64,000 bases of DNA from Cyanophyceae cyanobacterium (GCA_050331735.1 JBHJGN010000004.1:96001-160000), one strand, 5' to 3'; counted from the first letter of the stretch, positions 9,812-19,457 are shown. The notes: generated by a model not told the origin, from the sequence alone. Made by a program: numbers and translations.

Positions 9812-10165
9812 TCAAGGAAATCGGCACGTTACCCGACCTAAAACTTGTTTGCAGGATACAGCACCGAAGGAACGACTATCTGTACTTTCTAGAGAATTAT
9901 CGCCTTTGAGGTAGCAGCCATCTTCTAACACCGCAACAACGCGCTTGATGAGGCGTAGCTGCGGCTGCTGAGGATGCTGCGCAACAACAAGATCGTTGAT
10001 GGTAGGAGGTTGCTTTCTGTAGGCTTGTGGGTCGAGTAAAACTTCGTCTCCTGGCTTAAGCAGGGGAAACATCGACATTCCCGTAATCCGAAACCGCTGT
10101 CGTCGTCTCAGTAGCCAAAGCAACAAGTCCCAAGCACGACTGCTCCTAAGTTGGTCATGACTCAT
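9812..10165 (-). CDS. sodX: Nickel-type superoxide dismutase maturation protease
   Basis: S26 peptidase motifs ITGMSMFPLL, LIKRV, GDN..ESTDSRSFG; immediately downstream of sodN. Confidence 0.93.
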   Translation of the reverse strand: MSHDQLRSSRAWDLLLWLLRRRQRFRITGMSMFPLLKPGDEVLLDPQAYRKQPPTINDLVVAQHPQQPQLRLIKRVVAVLEDGCYLKGDNSLESTDSRSFGAVSCKQVLGRVTCRFP

Positions 10166-10225
10166 CGGTGACTAATGACAGACATAACCCACTGATTCGT
10201 CTGCTCAATTGGTATTAAAGCACAA

Positions 10226-10262
10226 ACGAGCTTCTGTGCCCTCAAAGACTTTAGAAGCTCGT
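10226..10262 (-). terminator. Stem-loop between sodN and sodX
   Basis: ACGAGCTTCT ... AGAAGCTCGT, 10-bp inverted repeat. Confidence 0.45.
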
Positions 10263-10296
10263 CGTCCTACTTAATCATTCAGTCAGTTATTCAAAA

Positions 10297-10770
10297 CTAG
10301 CTAGCCTTGTACCATTCAACGTCACGATTCTTGGTAGCCCAGAACATTTGATGAATCTTGTGTACCGACTCCATCAGTTCATTGGCGTGGTCCATGTTAA
10401 CTTCTACTTTGCAAGCAGAACAAAGCTTCGCCGTTTTCCAGAAAGTATCGTGAAGGTCAGGATATTGTTCTAGGTGTTGAGGCTTAAAGTAGTCAGTCCA
10501 GAGGATCAGAATTTCATCTTTTGCCTTCTGTGCCTGTTCTTCTTTGATGGCGACGTATCGAGAGAAGGTATTGTTGTAGGCGATCGTGGCTTCTTTGTTG
10601 CTGGGATCGGGAATCTCTAGCTCAAGAAGCTTCTTCGTCATCGAAACAACAGCCTCAGCGTTAATTCTGGCAGCCGAAGGATCGTAAACACCGCAGGGAC
10701 CATCGCAGTGAGCGCTGACTTCCGGTGCTGGAAACCACTTTTGAATTTTGGCGATCGCTTTTTTGAGCAT
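10297..10770 (-). CDS. sodN: Nickel superoxide dismutase precursor
   Basis: Ni-hook HCDGPCGVYDP after a 20-residue leader; ILWTDYFK. Confidence 0.97.
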   Translation of the reverse strand: MLKKAIAKIQKWFPAPEVSAHCDGPCGVYDPSAARINAEAVVSMTKKLLELEIPDPSNKEATIAYNNTFSRYVAIKEEQAQKAKDEILILWTDYFKPQHLEQYPDLHDTFWKTAKLCSACKVEVNMDHANELMESVHKIHQMFWATKNRDVEWYKAS

Positions 10771-10882
10771 AGTATTAATTAAATAATTGATGTAGGTTGA
10801 CGGATATTTAGAGTAAAATCACTCAGATTAGAACATGGTCAAAAGGGGATAAGTTTAACTTGCCTGTTAAAGTCGGCAATGT

Positions 10883-10907
10883 GTATCCTATCCCCCCCCA
10901 TACCATA
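10883..10907. promoter_or_regulatory. Candidate CsoR/RcnR/InrS-type operator upstream of sodN
   Basis: GTATCCTATCCCCCCCCATACCATA: C8 tract flanked by TAT/ATA inverted ends. Confidence 0.4.
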
Positions 10908-10947
10908 TAAATAGTAGTGTTATTGCAGTTTTCGTGCAACTAAGAAT

Positions 10948-11598
10948 CTATTGAACTGAAGAAATGAGATAAGCGCAACGGCGATCGCCTGCTAAGAGAT
11001 GCTCCACTCGCTCCACGCTCACCTCAGCTCCCAGCAACTTCTGAAAGACTTCCCATTCGGAACTGCAAAGCCGAGGGCATTTTTGCGCTGCTGTACAGAT
11101 TGAGCAATGGTTTTCAATCAGAAGCAGAGCGTGATCGGGTTGCTCAATGACTTCTGCCATATACCCCTCCTCAGAACGAATTTGGGCCAGTTCTGCTACA
11201 CGCTCCTGCCAACTCTTTTCCTCTGATAACCTTGCCGAATAAGCATCAACGATTGAACGAAAGCGCTGTGAGAGCACCGTTTCAAGACCATCCTCGCCAT
11301 AGACTTCTCTCACTCCTTCTAAAAGTTTGACGACTAGATCGGCATGCGCGTTTGGAAATAACTGATTCCCTTTTTGGGTGAGTTGCCAGAGTTTAACGGG
11401 ACGACCAACCGGTTGACGCTCTTGTTCGTAAGTAATCAACTGCTCTGACTTCAAAGCTTGCAAGTGTTGGCGAACTGCCATTGGCGATATCTGTAAATAT
11501 TCCGCCATCGCGGTTGCCGTTTGTGGTCCTTTTATTTTCAGTAAATGCAGGATTTGGTCTTTGATTTTGAGGTTGTCTGCCGTGGCAAACTTATTCAT
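10948..11598 (-). CDS. SufR-like HTH transcriptional regulator with C-terminal Cys cluster
   Basis: N-terminal wHTH (ISPMAVRQHLQAL ... GRPVKLWQLT), GYMAE, ENHCSIC-x5-C-x3-C-x29-C (contains the SufR C-x12-C spacing and the terminal RCxY). Confidence 0.85.
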   Translation of the reverse strand: MNKFATADNLKIKDQILHLLKIKGPQTATAMAEYLQISPMAVRQHLQALKSEQLITYEQERQPVGRPVKLWQLTQKGNQLFPNAHADLVVKLLEGVREVYGEDGLETVLSQRFRSIVDAYSARLSEEKSWQERVAELAQIRSEEGYMAEVIEQPDHALLLIENHCSICTAAQKCPRLCSSEWEVFQKLLGAEVSVERVEHLLAGDRRCAYLISSVQ

Positions 11599-11804
11599 TG
11601 TTAACGCTGTTCTGAGTAAGCACCAGCTTGATTCACGCTCAGAGAAAGCTTGCCTGTCTACAACAGACGAGGAGGTTAAACATCTAAAGAAATTTCAGAT
11701 GTAGCCCCCGGGCTTTCACGAACTTCTTCAAGTCTGGCCTGTTTGCATCTTGTTTTACATTTAACAAGATCTTAATCTTCATCGCCAGTTTTGCTCCGAC
11801 GCTA

Positions 11805-11832
11805 AAGGACACGATCCCGAGATCGTGTCCTT
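11805..11832 (-). terminator. Hairpin downstream of Fe/Mn SOD
   Basis: AAGGACACGATC-CCGA-GATCGTGTCCTT, perfect 12-bp stem. Confidence 0.6.
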
Positions 11833-11878
11833 GCATGAGGGGCATTTGCTCCGACAATAGCTGTTAACAATCAACCAA

Positions 11879-12490
11879 TTAGCTTACCTGTGCATAGCGC
11901 TCGTTCACAGCGTCCCAGTTTACGGTATTCCACCACTGCTTGAGATACTCAGCTCGCTTGTTCTGATACTTAAGGTAGTAAGCATGTTCCCAAACATCGT
12001 TACCCATGATGGGAAAGTGCCCATCTGTCCAGGGATTATCTTGATTGGGCGTACTGGTGACTGCGAGTTTGCCATCACTGGTACGTACTAACCAAACAAA
12101 GCCACTACCAAATTGACCAGCACCAGCATCATTAAACTGGGTCTTGAAATTCTCAAAAGTTCCAAACGTATCATTGATGGCTTCGGCGATCGCCCCGGTG
12201 GGTTCGCCCCCGCCATTAGATCCCATTAATGTCCAAAAAATTGAATGATTGAAGTGGCCGCCGCCATTATTGCGTACCGCAGTCTGAACCGACTCTGGCA
12301 GACTATTCAATTCCTTAATCAGTTCGTCAATACTTTTACTTTGCAGGTCTGAGTGAGATTCTAAAGCGTTATTAAGCTTGTTCACATACCCCCCATGATG
12401 CAGATCGTGGTGAATCTGCATCGTTTGCGCGTCGATGTAGGGTTCTAACGCATCGGGTGCATAGGGAAGATCGGGCAGTTGAAATGCCAT
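11879..12490 (-). CDS. sodA: Fe/Mn superoxide dismutase with Mn-type signature, no signal peptide
   Basis: Start [43 protein letters not shown] and NQD are Mn-type rather than Fe-type (AAQ / NA) signatures. Confidence 0.85.
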   Translation of the reverse strand: MAFQLPDLPYAPDALEPYIDAQTMQIHHDLHHGGYVNKLNNALESHSDLQSKSIDELIKELNSLPESVQTAVRNNGGGHFNHSIFWTLMGSNGGGEPTGAIAEAINDTFGTFENFKTQFNDAGAGQFGSGFVWLVRTSDGKLAVTSTPNQDNPWTDGHFPIMGNDVWEHAYYLKYQNKRAEYLKQWWNTVNWDAVNERYAQVS

Positions 12491-12999
12491 AAAGTTTATT
12501 TGAATTCTGCTTTCTATACATAATGCTATCAAAAGTTTTAATAGTTTCTTCTATCAAAAGTAAGATTGTGTTGTTGCCGGAGTCTCGGTTCGCGGTACTC
12601 TAAAGACAATATTTAGACAGCCGTATCGAAATGGGTGTGAGTTCGCGCGATGAACAGTCAGAAGCCCGCTATATCGAGATGACTGACGGGTTCTCTAAAC
12701 CGTGGCTCCTCGTTTAATGGCATCTTGCTAAGCTACAGGAGGAGCGATCGCAGCTAACCGCTGAAGAGTAGAGCCGTTAGCTAGCAGAAATTCACAGAGA
12801 CCTGGCAAACTTGGGTGAGTGGTGGCGCGGCTTGGAAAATGAGCTGTTTTAAAAAGTGGCCAAGTCAGCAGAACACCTCCGCCTCTCATCCCTTCTCTTA
12901 GTATTTTATTAACCGCCTTTTTACTGCCCCTTCGTTAAGAGCCATCTAAATAAAGAAGCGAGAAGAACAACATCTCCCAATCCTCTATAAGCTCTCACT

Positions 13000-15132
13000 A
13001 TGACTGAATCTAAAGTAGCGTCCCCAATAGATCTAAGCGACTCTCAGTACTACTTCAATCGCGAACTGAGCTGGCTAGAGTTTAATCATCGCGTTCTGCA
13101 CGAAGCCCTTGATGATCGGACTCCGCTGCTGGAACGGCTCAAATTTCTGTCCATCTTTAGCTCGAACTTAGACGAATTCTTTATGGTTCGGGTGGCTGGC
13201 TTGAAGCAACAGGTAGAAGCCGGGGTGACAAAATTAACGCCAGACGGTCGCTCTCCTTCCGCTCAGCTTCATGATATCAGTACTCTCCTGCGTCCGATGG
13301 TGGAAAAGCAGGACCAGCATTTTGAGTACGTGCTCAGGCCAAAACTGGCGCAGCAGGGAATTTATCTGATTAACTATGTAGACCTCAATCAAGAACAGCG
13401 CCAGTACCTGCACAATTACTTTGAAGACCACATTTTTCCCGTGCTCACTCCTTTAGCAGTCGATCCCAGCCATCCGTTTCCCTACATCTCTAATCTCAGC
13501 CTCAACCTTGCCGTTGTTGTCAAAGAACCAGAGACTAATAAAGAGCTGTTTGCTCGGCTTAAAGTTCCGAAGGTCTTGCCCCGGTTTGTCGTTTTACCGA
13601 CCGAAATAGCACAGCAGGAATCTACTTGGGTCGGCGTTCCCCTTGAACAGGTGATTACCCACAACCTCGAAGCCTTATTTCCAGGAATGAACATTCAGGA
13701 ATGTCATCCCTTTCGGATTACGCGCAACGCAGATCTAGCCGTAGAGGAAGATGAAGCAGACGATTTGCTGTTAGCTATCGAGCAAGGACTGCGTAAGCGG
13801 CGCGTTGGCGGTTCGGTCGTGCGCATGGAAATTCATACTTCGACTCCAGAAACTGTTCGCCAGACCCTTGTGCAGGAACTGAGCTTAACTGAAGATGACG
13901 TTTATGAAATTGAAGGACTCTTAGGACTCGGAGACCTGATGTCGTTTATGTCACTGCCGCTTCCAGATCTCAAAGATCCTCCTTGGACTCCGGTAGAGCC
14001 AACCTTTTTCGATCCGCCGACTGATTCTGATCTCAGCGATCGCGGGGGAGAGAGACAAACAGAAGACTTTTTCGCCCTCATGAAAAACTCCGATCGCCTC
14101 GTCCATCATCCTTATCATTCTTTTGCCGCGACCGTCCAGCAATTCATTACGCAAGCCGCTCACGATTCAGATGTGCTGGCCATTAAAATGACGCTTTACC
14201 GCACATCTGGAGATTCGCCGATTGTGAATGCCCTGATTGCCGCCGCCGAAAATGGCAAGCAAGTGGTGGCTTTAGTAGAACTCAAAGCTCGCTTTGATGA
14301 AGAAAACAACATCATTTGGGCAAGAAAGCTAGAACAATCGGGAGTCCATGTCGTTTACGGTCTGTCAGGACTCAAGACCCACACCAAAATTGCGCTGGTG
14401 GTGCGCCAAGAAGACAACCAGATTCGTCGCTATGTTCATATTGGCACCGGAAACTACAATCCAAAAACCGCGAAGCTATACACTGATTTGGGGATGTTCA
14501 GCGCTCAAGAAGAGTTAGGAGAAGATCTCACCGATTTGTTCAACTTCTTGACCGGGTATTCCCGACAGCGCTCCTACCGCCAACTCCTGGTAGCCCCCGT
14601 CAACTTGCGCGATCGCATGACAGCGATGATTTACCGAGAAATTGAACAGGTGCGTAACGGCGGTTCCGGTCGGATTGTGGCGAAAATGAACGCTCTGGTC
14701 GATCCTGATATTATTGCCGCACTGTACGAAGCATCTCAGGCAGGAGTCAAAATCGACCTCATCGTTCGTGGCATTTGCTGCCTGCGTCCCGGCGTAAAAA
14801 ACGTTAGCGAAACGATCCGCGTTGTTAGCATTATCGGGCGGTTTTTGGAACATTCTCGCATCTTTTATTTTTATAACGGCGGCAGCGAAGAAGTTTATAT
14901 TGGCAGTGCTGACTGGATGCCTCGCAATTTAGATCGGCGAGTAGAAGCCGTCACTCCGGTCATTAATTCGGGAATTATCAAAGATTTGCAGGAAATTCTT
15001 GGCATTATGCTCTCCGACAATCGGCAGGCCTGGGAGCTACAGGCTGACGGAACTTATATTCAAAGGAAACCGGAGGATGAGTTAGAACAGAGTACCCACA
15101 AGATTTTGATGGAGATGGCGCTGAAAGACTAG
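13000..15132 (+). CDS. ppk1: Polyphosphate kinase 1
   Basis: NRELSWLEFN, NLDEFFMVRVAGL, HHPYHSF, ELKARFDEENN, KTHTK, GRFLEHSR, SADWMPRNL. Confidence 0.97.
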   Translation: MTESKVASPIDLSDSQYYFNRELSWLEFNHRVLHEALDDRTPLLERLKFLSIFSSNLDEFFMVRVAGLKQQVEAGVTKLTPDGRSPSAQLHDISTLLRPMVEKQDQHFEYVLRPKLAQQGIYLINYVDLNQEQRQYLHNYFEDHIFPVLTPLAVDPSHPFPYISNLSLNLAVVVKEPETNKELFARLKVPKVLPRFVVLPTEIAQQESTWVGVPLEQVITHNLEALFPGMNIQECHPFRITRNADLAVEEDEADDLLLAIEQGLRKRRVGGSVVRMEIHTSTPETVRQTLVQELSLTEDDVYEIEGLLGLGDLMSFMSLPLPDLKDPPWTPVEPTFFDPPTDSDLSDRGGERQTEDFFALMKNSDRLVHHPYHSFAATVQQFITQAAHDSDVLAIKMTLYRTSGDSPIVNALIAAAENGKQVVALVELKARFDEENNIIWARKLEQSGVHVVYGLSGLKTHTKIALVVRQEDNQIRRYVHIGTGNYNPKTAKLYTDLGMFSAQEELGEDLTDLFNFLTGYSRQRSYRQLLVAPVNLRDRMTAMIYREIEQVRNGGSGRIVAKMNALVDPDIIAALYEASQAGVKIDLIVRGICCLRPGVKNVSETIRVVSIIGRFLEHSRIFYFYNGGSEEVYIGSADWMPRNLDRRVEAVTPVINSGIIKDLQEILGIMLSDNRQAWELQADGTYIQRKPEDELEQSTHKILMEMALKD

Positions 15133-15240
15133 CTCGTTAGTCTTTGAGAAGAAACGCTTTCGAGGCGAGAACAGGAAAGAATTGCCGACCGGTTATCCTT
15201 TGCTCCGCTAAACGCCACTATCTAATTTATAGGCAGAAGC

Positions 15241-15732
15241 TTAAGGAATCTCAATTAGTTCTGAGTTTGTATACAGCTCAATGCCCCAGCGACCTTCAGT
15301 GCCGACTTCAAAAGCAATGGTAGAGCCATCGGCGCTCATGGTTGGGTTACGCACTTCTGCCTGAAGATTAGCGGTGAGGTTGCGCTTCTGCTGGGTTTCG
15401 CGATCGTATAAATAAATTCCCGTTTTGCCATCGACAATGGCGGCAAACACAATCCAGCGGCCATCTTCTGTAATCGCCGGATGGGAGGCGATCGCATCCA
15501 AGGAATTAAGTCCGGGGAGGTCGAGCAACCGCCGCTCTTGAGTATCAAATAGATAAATCTCCTGAGACCCCTTGCGTTCAGAGACAAACACGAGATATTG
15601 AGCCGCAATTTGAGGAGCCGATTCAGAGGCAGGACTGTTTAAGCCTCGTCCAGATTCAAGTGACAGGCTTGGATAGCTATGACAGCTACTGAGAACGATA
15701 GCTGTGAAAATCGCTACGATTAACCGCTTCAC
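15241..15732 (-). CDS. TolB-like PD40-repeat lipoprotein (short)
   Basis: Lipobox VLSSC; repeats LVFVSERKGSQEIYLFD, PAITEDGRWIVF, PTMSADGSTIAFE. Confidence 0.8.
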   Translation of the reverse strand: MKRLIVAIFTAIVLSSCHSYPSLSLESGRGLNSPASESAPQIAAQYLVFVSERKGSQEIYLFDTQERRLLDLPGLNSLDAIASHPAITEDGRWIVFAAIVDGKTGIYLYDRETQQKRNLTANLQAEVRNPTMSADGSTIAFEVGTEGRWGIELYTNSELIEIP

Positions 15733-16268
15733 GACTCAGGGTTCACGCTCAAGCTTCCGTCAGCAATATCTAATTCAATGTTGGGTCCACGGTCGATCAC
15801 GGCAATGTCCCACTGTCCCTGTCGAACTGTCTCGAACACAATGTAGCGTCCATCAGGACTAATGCGGGGATGCCTTACTACCCGACGCGAACCCGCAGTC
15901 AGCCTTTTTCCTCGCTCCGCAAGTCGGTCGTACAAAAAAATTTCTGGGCGGCCTTCAGGACTGGTAATGTACACTAGGTAGCGACCCGTGCGACTCAAGC
16001 TTGGACTTTCGATCGGTCCTTGCGGATGGAGTTGAGGCGCGATTAGCTGTCGATTTTTAACATCGTATAGGGTCAGGGAATTCCGGCGATCGCGATTAGA
16101 AATAAACGCCAGCAGTTGCCCATCTCCACTCAAGGCGGGCTGTTCATCGTGGTAGCGGTTTGCTATCTTCACGCTCGGCACAACGGTTGCTGAGCTACAG
16201 GCGGAGAGAAACACAATCACAGCGCCAATTCCCCATAGCCATCGATGGGAAGGTCGTGGAACGGTCAT
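15729..16268 (-). CDS. TolB-like PD40-repeat lipoprotein (short)
   Basis: Lipobox FLSAC; PALSGDGQLLAF, PSLSRTGRYLVY, PRISPDGRYIVFE; start could extend to 16301. Confidence 0.8.
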   Translation of the reverse strand: MTVPRPSHRWLWGIGAVIVFLSACSSATVVPSVKIANRYHDEQPALSGDGQLLAFISNRDRRNSLTLYDVKNRQLIAPQLHPQGPIESPSLSRTGRYLVYITSPEGRPEIFLYDRLAERGKRLTAGSRRVVRHPRISPDGRYIVFETVRQGQWDIAVIDRGPNIELDIADGSLSVNPES

Positions 16269-16375
16269 GACTGCTAAAATTTGCCACACACAAAATGCCA
16301 TTTTCCCGAGCAGTTTTCACTAGCGGAGAAGCAAGCCCTCTTGGAGAAGATCGAGCTGGAGCGTTTCAGCGATTA

Positions 16376-17188
16376 TTAATAGTCGAAGTTAAGGGAGGAG
16401 CCCCTTTCGTCGCGACCTTTTCCGGGCCCTTCTGTCTGATTCCGGCTTGGGCGGGCTTCAGCATCGCTAATCGGCTGATAATCTACATAATCCGCTGCCG
16501 TTGCCTCAGTGTCGGTACGAGCTAGCTGTGAATCCGTGGGGCGGGGTCGCCGTCGTCTAGATGTCGAACGCTCAGCAGGACGAGAACGGGAAGCACGATT
16601 CCGGTCTCCCCACTCTGCTTCTCCCCAGGCTGTCTGTTCGCTTGCCGGGGGCATTTTCGAGCGAGGGCGGCGGGAACTTTTACTTCCAGTTCTGGTTGGA
16701 TAGCGCTCTGCACTGCCGCGGGGTTTGGGTCGAGGCGCTTCGCTGTCGTACGCTGTGCGCCGGGACGAACGGGATTCTGGATATCCTCTCAGACGACGAT
16801 TATCGTACTCTTCCTCGGTGTCGTAAGGTTCTAGCTGGTCTAGTTCAGCACGATAAACTCGCACTCTATCGCCCACTGGGCGCTCCTCATCCACAATTGG
16901 CGTATTGCGCCGCGCTTGTTCCGTTGCTACTCCTCTTAAACGAATGGTTTCCACAGCAAAAAATACCGCTGCGCCCGTGAGTAGAAACTGTCCAAACTGC
17001 AAAATCGGATCGAGTCGCCAGCCCTGAAACAATAGAATAAAGCCGCACAGTAGCCCAACAGCGGCAAAAAAGATATCGTGATCTCTCGATAGCTCTGGGC
17101 GCACAGAGCGCAGAAAATACAGCGCTGCTCCGGCAACCGCTAAAAAAATTCCCAAGAGGCTAGCCGAGTTTAGACCAAAGTTTACCAT
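16376..17188 (-). CDS. ycf66: Ycf66 family protein
   Basis: MVNFG...LYFLRSVRPELSRDHDIFFAAVGLLCG...GWRLDPILQFGQ; Arg-rich low-complexity tail. Confidence 0.92.
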   Translation of the reverse strand: MVNFGLNSASLLGIFLAVAGAALYFLRSVRPELSRDHDIFFAAVGLLCGFILLFQGWRLDPILQFGQFLLTGAAVFFAVETIRLRGVATEQARRNTPIVDEERPVGDRVRVYRAELDQLEPYDTEEEYDNRRLRGYPESRSSRRTAYDSEAPRPKPRGSAERYPTRTGSKSSRRPRSKMPPASEQTAWGEAEWGDRNRASRSRPAERSTSRRRRPRPTDSQLARTDTEATAADYVDYQPISDAEARPSRNQTEGPGKGRDERGSSLNFDY

Positions 17189-17326
17189 TACTGCTCTCCG
17201 TTCTCAGAATCCGAATCAGGGCGGGACTCTATTATATCTGCCTTAGCTACTAAATAGCTAGCTTCGCGGCAACGACCGGGCAAAATTTGGGGGCGAAGTC
17301 TGCTTCTCCAGACGCGACTCAAGGCT

Positions 17327-17345
17327 CCCCCTTGTGACAAGGGGG
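17327..17345 (-). terminator. Hairpin after psbX
   Basis: CCCCCTTGT-G-ACAAGGGGG just after the stop codon. Confidence 0.5.
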
Positions 17346-17353
17346 CTGAGTGT

Positions 17354-17473
17354 TTAGTCGCGCTGAACCTTGTCTCTCTGACTAAAGACGATTAGAGCAA
17401 CAGTAGCGGGAATAACGACAATTAAAGTTCCTGCTAGGAGACTGTAAAAGAAGTTAAGCAAAGAAGGAGTCAT
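17354..17473 (-). CDS. psbX: Photosystem II protein X
   Basis: MTPSLLNFFYSLLAGTLIVVIPATVALIVFSQRDKVQRD (39 aa), upstream of ycf66. Confidence 0.95.
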   Translation of the reverse strand: MTPSLLNFFYSLLAGTLIVVIPATVALIVFSQRDKVQRD

Positions 17474-17736
17474 GATGAACTTACCTTTTCTAAAATGAGC
17501 AGTTTGATAAAATTCTTTAACTATTTTAAAAGTTTTCTTCTTAAAAATGAAGAGAGATGGATAAATTGCTGCTGGCTGACGACTGCTTGGTGAAGCTAGC
17601 TGTCTGTTCTCGGACACAAATAGAAAGTTCAGGAGAGCTCGCGCTCCCGTTACAATGGAACTAGGCTTATTAATGTGGCCAATCGTAAACTTGGGCGCTA
17701 CGGCCTATGGCTCCTTGAGCGTCTCTCCATAACACC

Positions 17737-18024
17737 ATGAACATTGTCAGCATTGTTTCTCTAACCCTAAGCTTAATCTTAGGGCTGATGACCTTTTTGT
17801 TTATTTTCCGGATCATTTTAACCTGGTATCCCCAGGCAGACCTCAATCGCTTTCCCTTGAGCTGGATCGTGAGACCCACTGAACCTTTTTTAGGGCCGAC
17901 TCGCAGCCTTGTTCCGCCGATTGGGGGAGTAGATATTAGTCCGATTATCTGGGTTGGAATCGTCACGCTGCTGCGGGAGATTCTTTTAGGACAGCAGGGA
18001 CTACTAACAATGGCGTTACGGTGA
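17737..18024 (+). CDS. YggT/Ycf19 family membrane protein
   Basis: FRIILTWYPQ..., PTEPFLGPTR..VPPIGGVDISPI. Confidence 0.9.
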   Translation: MNIVSIVSLTLSLILGLMTFLFIFRIILTWYPQADLNRFPLSWIVRPTEPFLGPTRSLVPPIGGVDISPIIWVGIVTLLREILLGQQGLLTMALR

Positions 18025-18035
18025 AGGACGCTGGC

Positions 18036-19391
18036 TCAACGGTCGTTCGCTGCTCTCAGGTGTTGCTCGATAAAGTTTGTATAAACTTCTCCTTGCAAAA
18101 AAGCCGGGGTCTCCAGAATCTTTTGGTGAAAGCTAATTGTCGTCGGGACTCCAGTAATAGCGCACTCCCGCAAAGCTCGCTTCATTCTTTTAATTGCGGC
18201 TTCTCGATCAGCCCCCCAGACGATGAGCTTACCGATCAGCGAATCGTAGTAGGGAGGAATTTCGTAATCAGTGTACACGTGGGAATCCATGCGAACTCCT
18301 GGACCTCCGGGAGGAAGATAGCCGCTAATCACTCCCGGAGCAGGGCGAAAGTTGGCTTCTGGGTCTTCAGCGTTAATGCGACATTCAATCGCGTGACCGG
18401 AGAAGTTCACCTGTTCCTGGGTGAACTGTAGTTTTTCTCCTTGAGCGATGCGAATTTGCTCGCTGACTAAATCGAGTCCAGTAATCATCTCCGTCACGGG
18501 ATGCTCAACTTGAATGCGAGTATTCATCTCCATAAAGTAGAAGTCGCCAGTCTTGTCCAGCAAAAACTCTACAGTTCCCGCTCCCACATAGCCAATAGAT
18601 TGAGCAGCGCGCACGGCTGCCGTCCCCATTTTTTCCCGACGTTCAGGGGTAAGAGCAATGCTGGGAGCTTCTTCTAGGAGTTTTTGATGCCGTCGCTGAA
18701 TCGAGCAGTCTCTTTCTCCAAGATGCACAACATGACCATAACGATCAGCAAGAATTTGAAACTCGATATGGCGAGGACATTCTAGAAACTTTTCTAGATA
18801 GACCCCAGCATTTCCAAAAGCAGCTTCAGCTTCGCCTTTAGCAGCCCCAAATAGCTGCCGGAGTTCGCTGTCATTTCTGACGAGACGCATACCGCGTCCG
18901 CCACCTCCGGCCGTGGCCTTAATAATGACCGGATAGCCAATCTCTCTAGCAATCTTCCTCGCCTCGGCTTCCGTCTCCAACAGTCCCTCGCTGCCCGGTA
19001 CCGTCGGCACACCAGCTTGCTGCATGGTTTTCTTAGCCGTCGATTTGTCCCCCATGGCTAAAATCACGTCTGAAGTGGGACCAATGAAGGCAATTTGATG
19101 GTCAGCACAAATTTCAGCAAATTTGGCATTTTCTGCTAAGAAGCCATAGCCGGGATGAATGGCTGTCGCATTCCGGGTTAGCGCCGCAGCAATGATGTTG
19201 GGAATATTCAGATAGCTTTTACTATTAGCAGGACCGATACAAACACTTTCATCAGCAAGCTGTACGTGGAGGGCGTGGCGATCAACGGTTGAATGAACAG
19301 CAACGGTAGCAATCCCCATTTCTTCGCAGCTATGCAGAATTCGTAGCGCAATTTCCCCGCGATTGGCAATTAGAATTTTTGAAAACTGCAT
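18036..19391 (-). CDS. accC: Acetyl-CoA carboxylase biotin carboxylase subunit
   Basis: [63 protein letters not shown]. Confidence 0.97.
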   Translation of the reverse strand: MQFSKILIANRGEIALRILHSCEEMGIATVAVHSTVDRHALHVQLADESVCIGPANSKSYLNIPNIIAAALTRNATAIHPGYGFLAENAKFAEICADHQIAFIGPTSDVILAMGDKSTAKKTMQQAGVPTVPGSEGLLETEAEARKIAREIGYPVIIKATAGGGGRGMRLVRNDSELRQLFGAAKGEAEAAFGNAGVYLEKFLECPRHIEFQILADRYGHVVHLGERDCSIQRRHQKLLEEAPSIALTPERREKMGTAAVRAAQSIGYVGAGTVEFLLDKTGDFYFMEMNTRIQVEHPVTEMITGLDLVSEQIRIAQGEKLQFTQEQVNFSGHAIECRINAEDPEANFRPAPGVISGYLPPGGPGVRMDSHVYTDYEIPPYYDSLIGKLIVWGADREAAIKRMKRALRECAITGVPTTISFHQKILETPAFLQGEVYTNFIEQHLRAANDR

Positions 19392-19457
19392 TTTGGGTGC
19401 ATTTGATTGGAGTCATTTAGTAGCATAATTTTTTCTGCGGCTTTTGTGATCGCAAAA

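Noticed and set aside
10948..11598. Naming the regulator sufR
   Set aside because: No sufBCDS adjacent and the Cys pattern differs; treated as a paralogue
17474..17617. N-terminal extension of the psbX ORF in the track
   Set aside because: PsbX begins at MTPSL (17473); the upstream part is AT-rich promoter sequence
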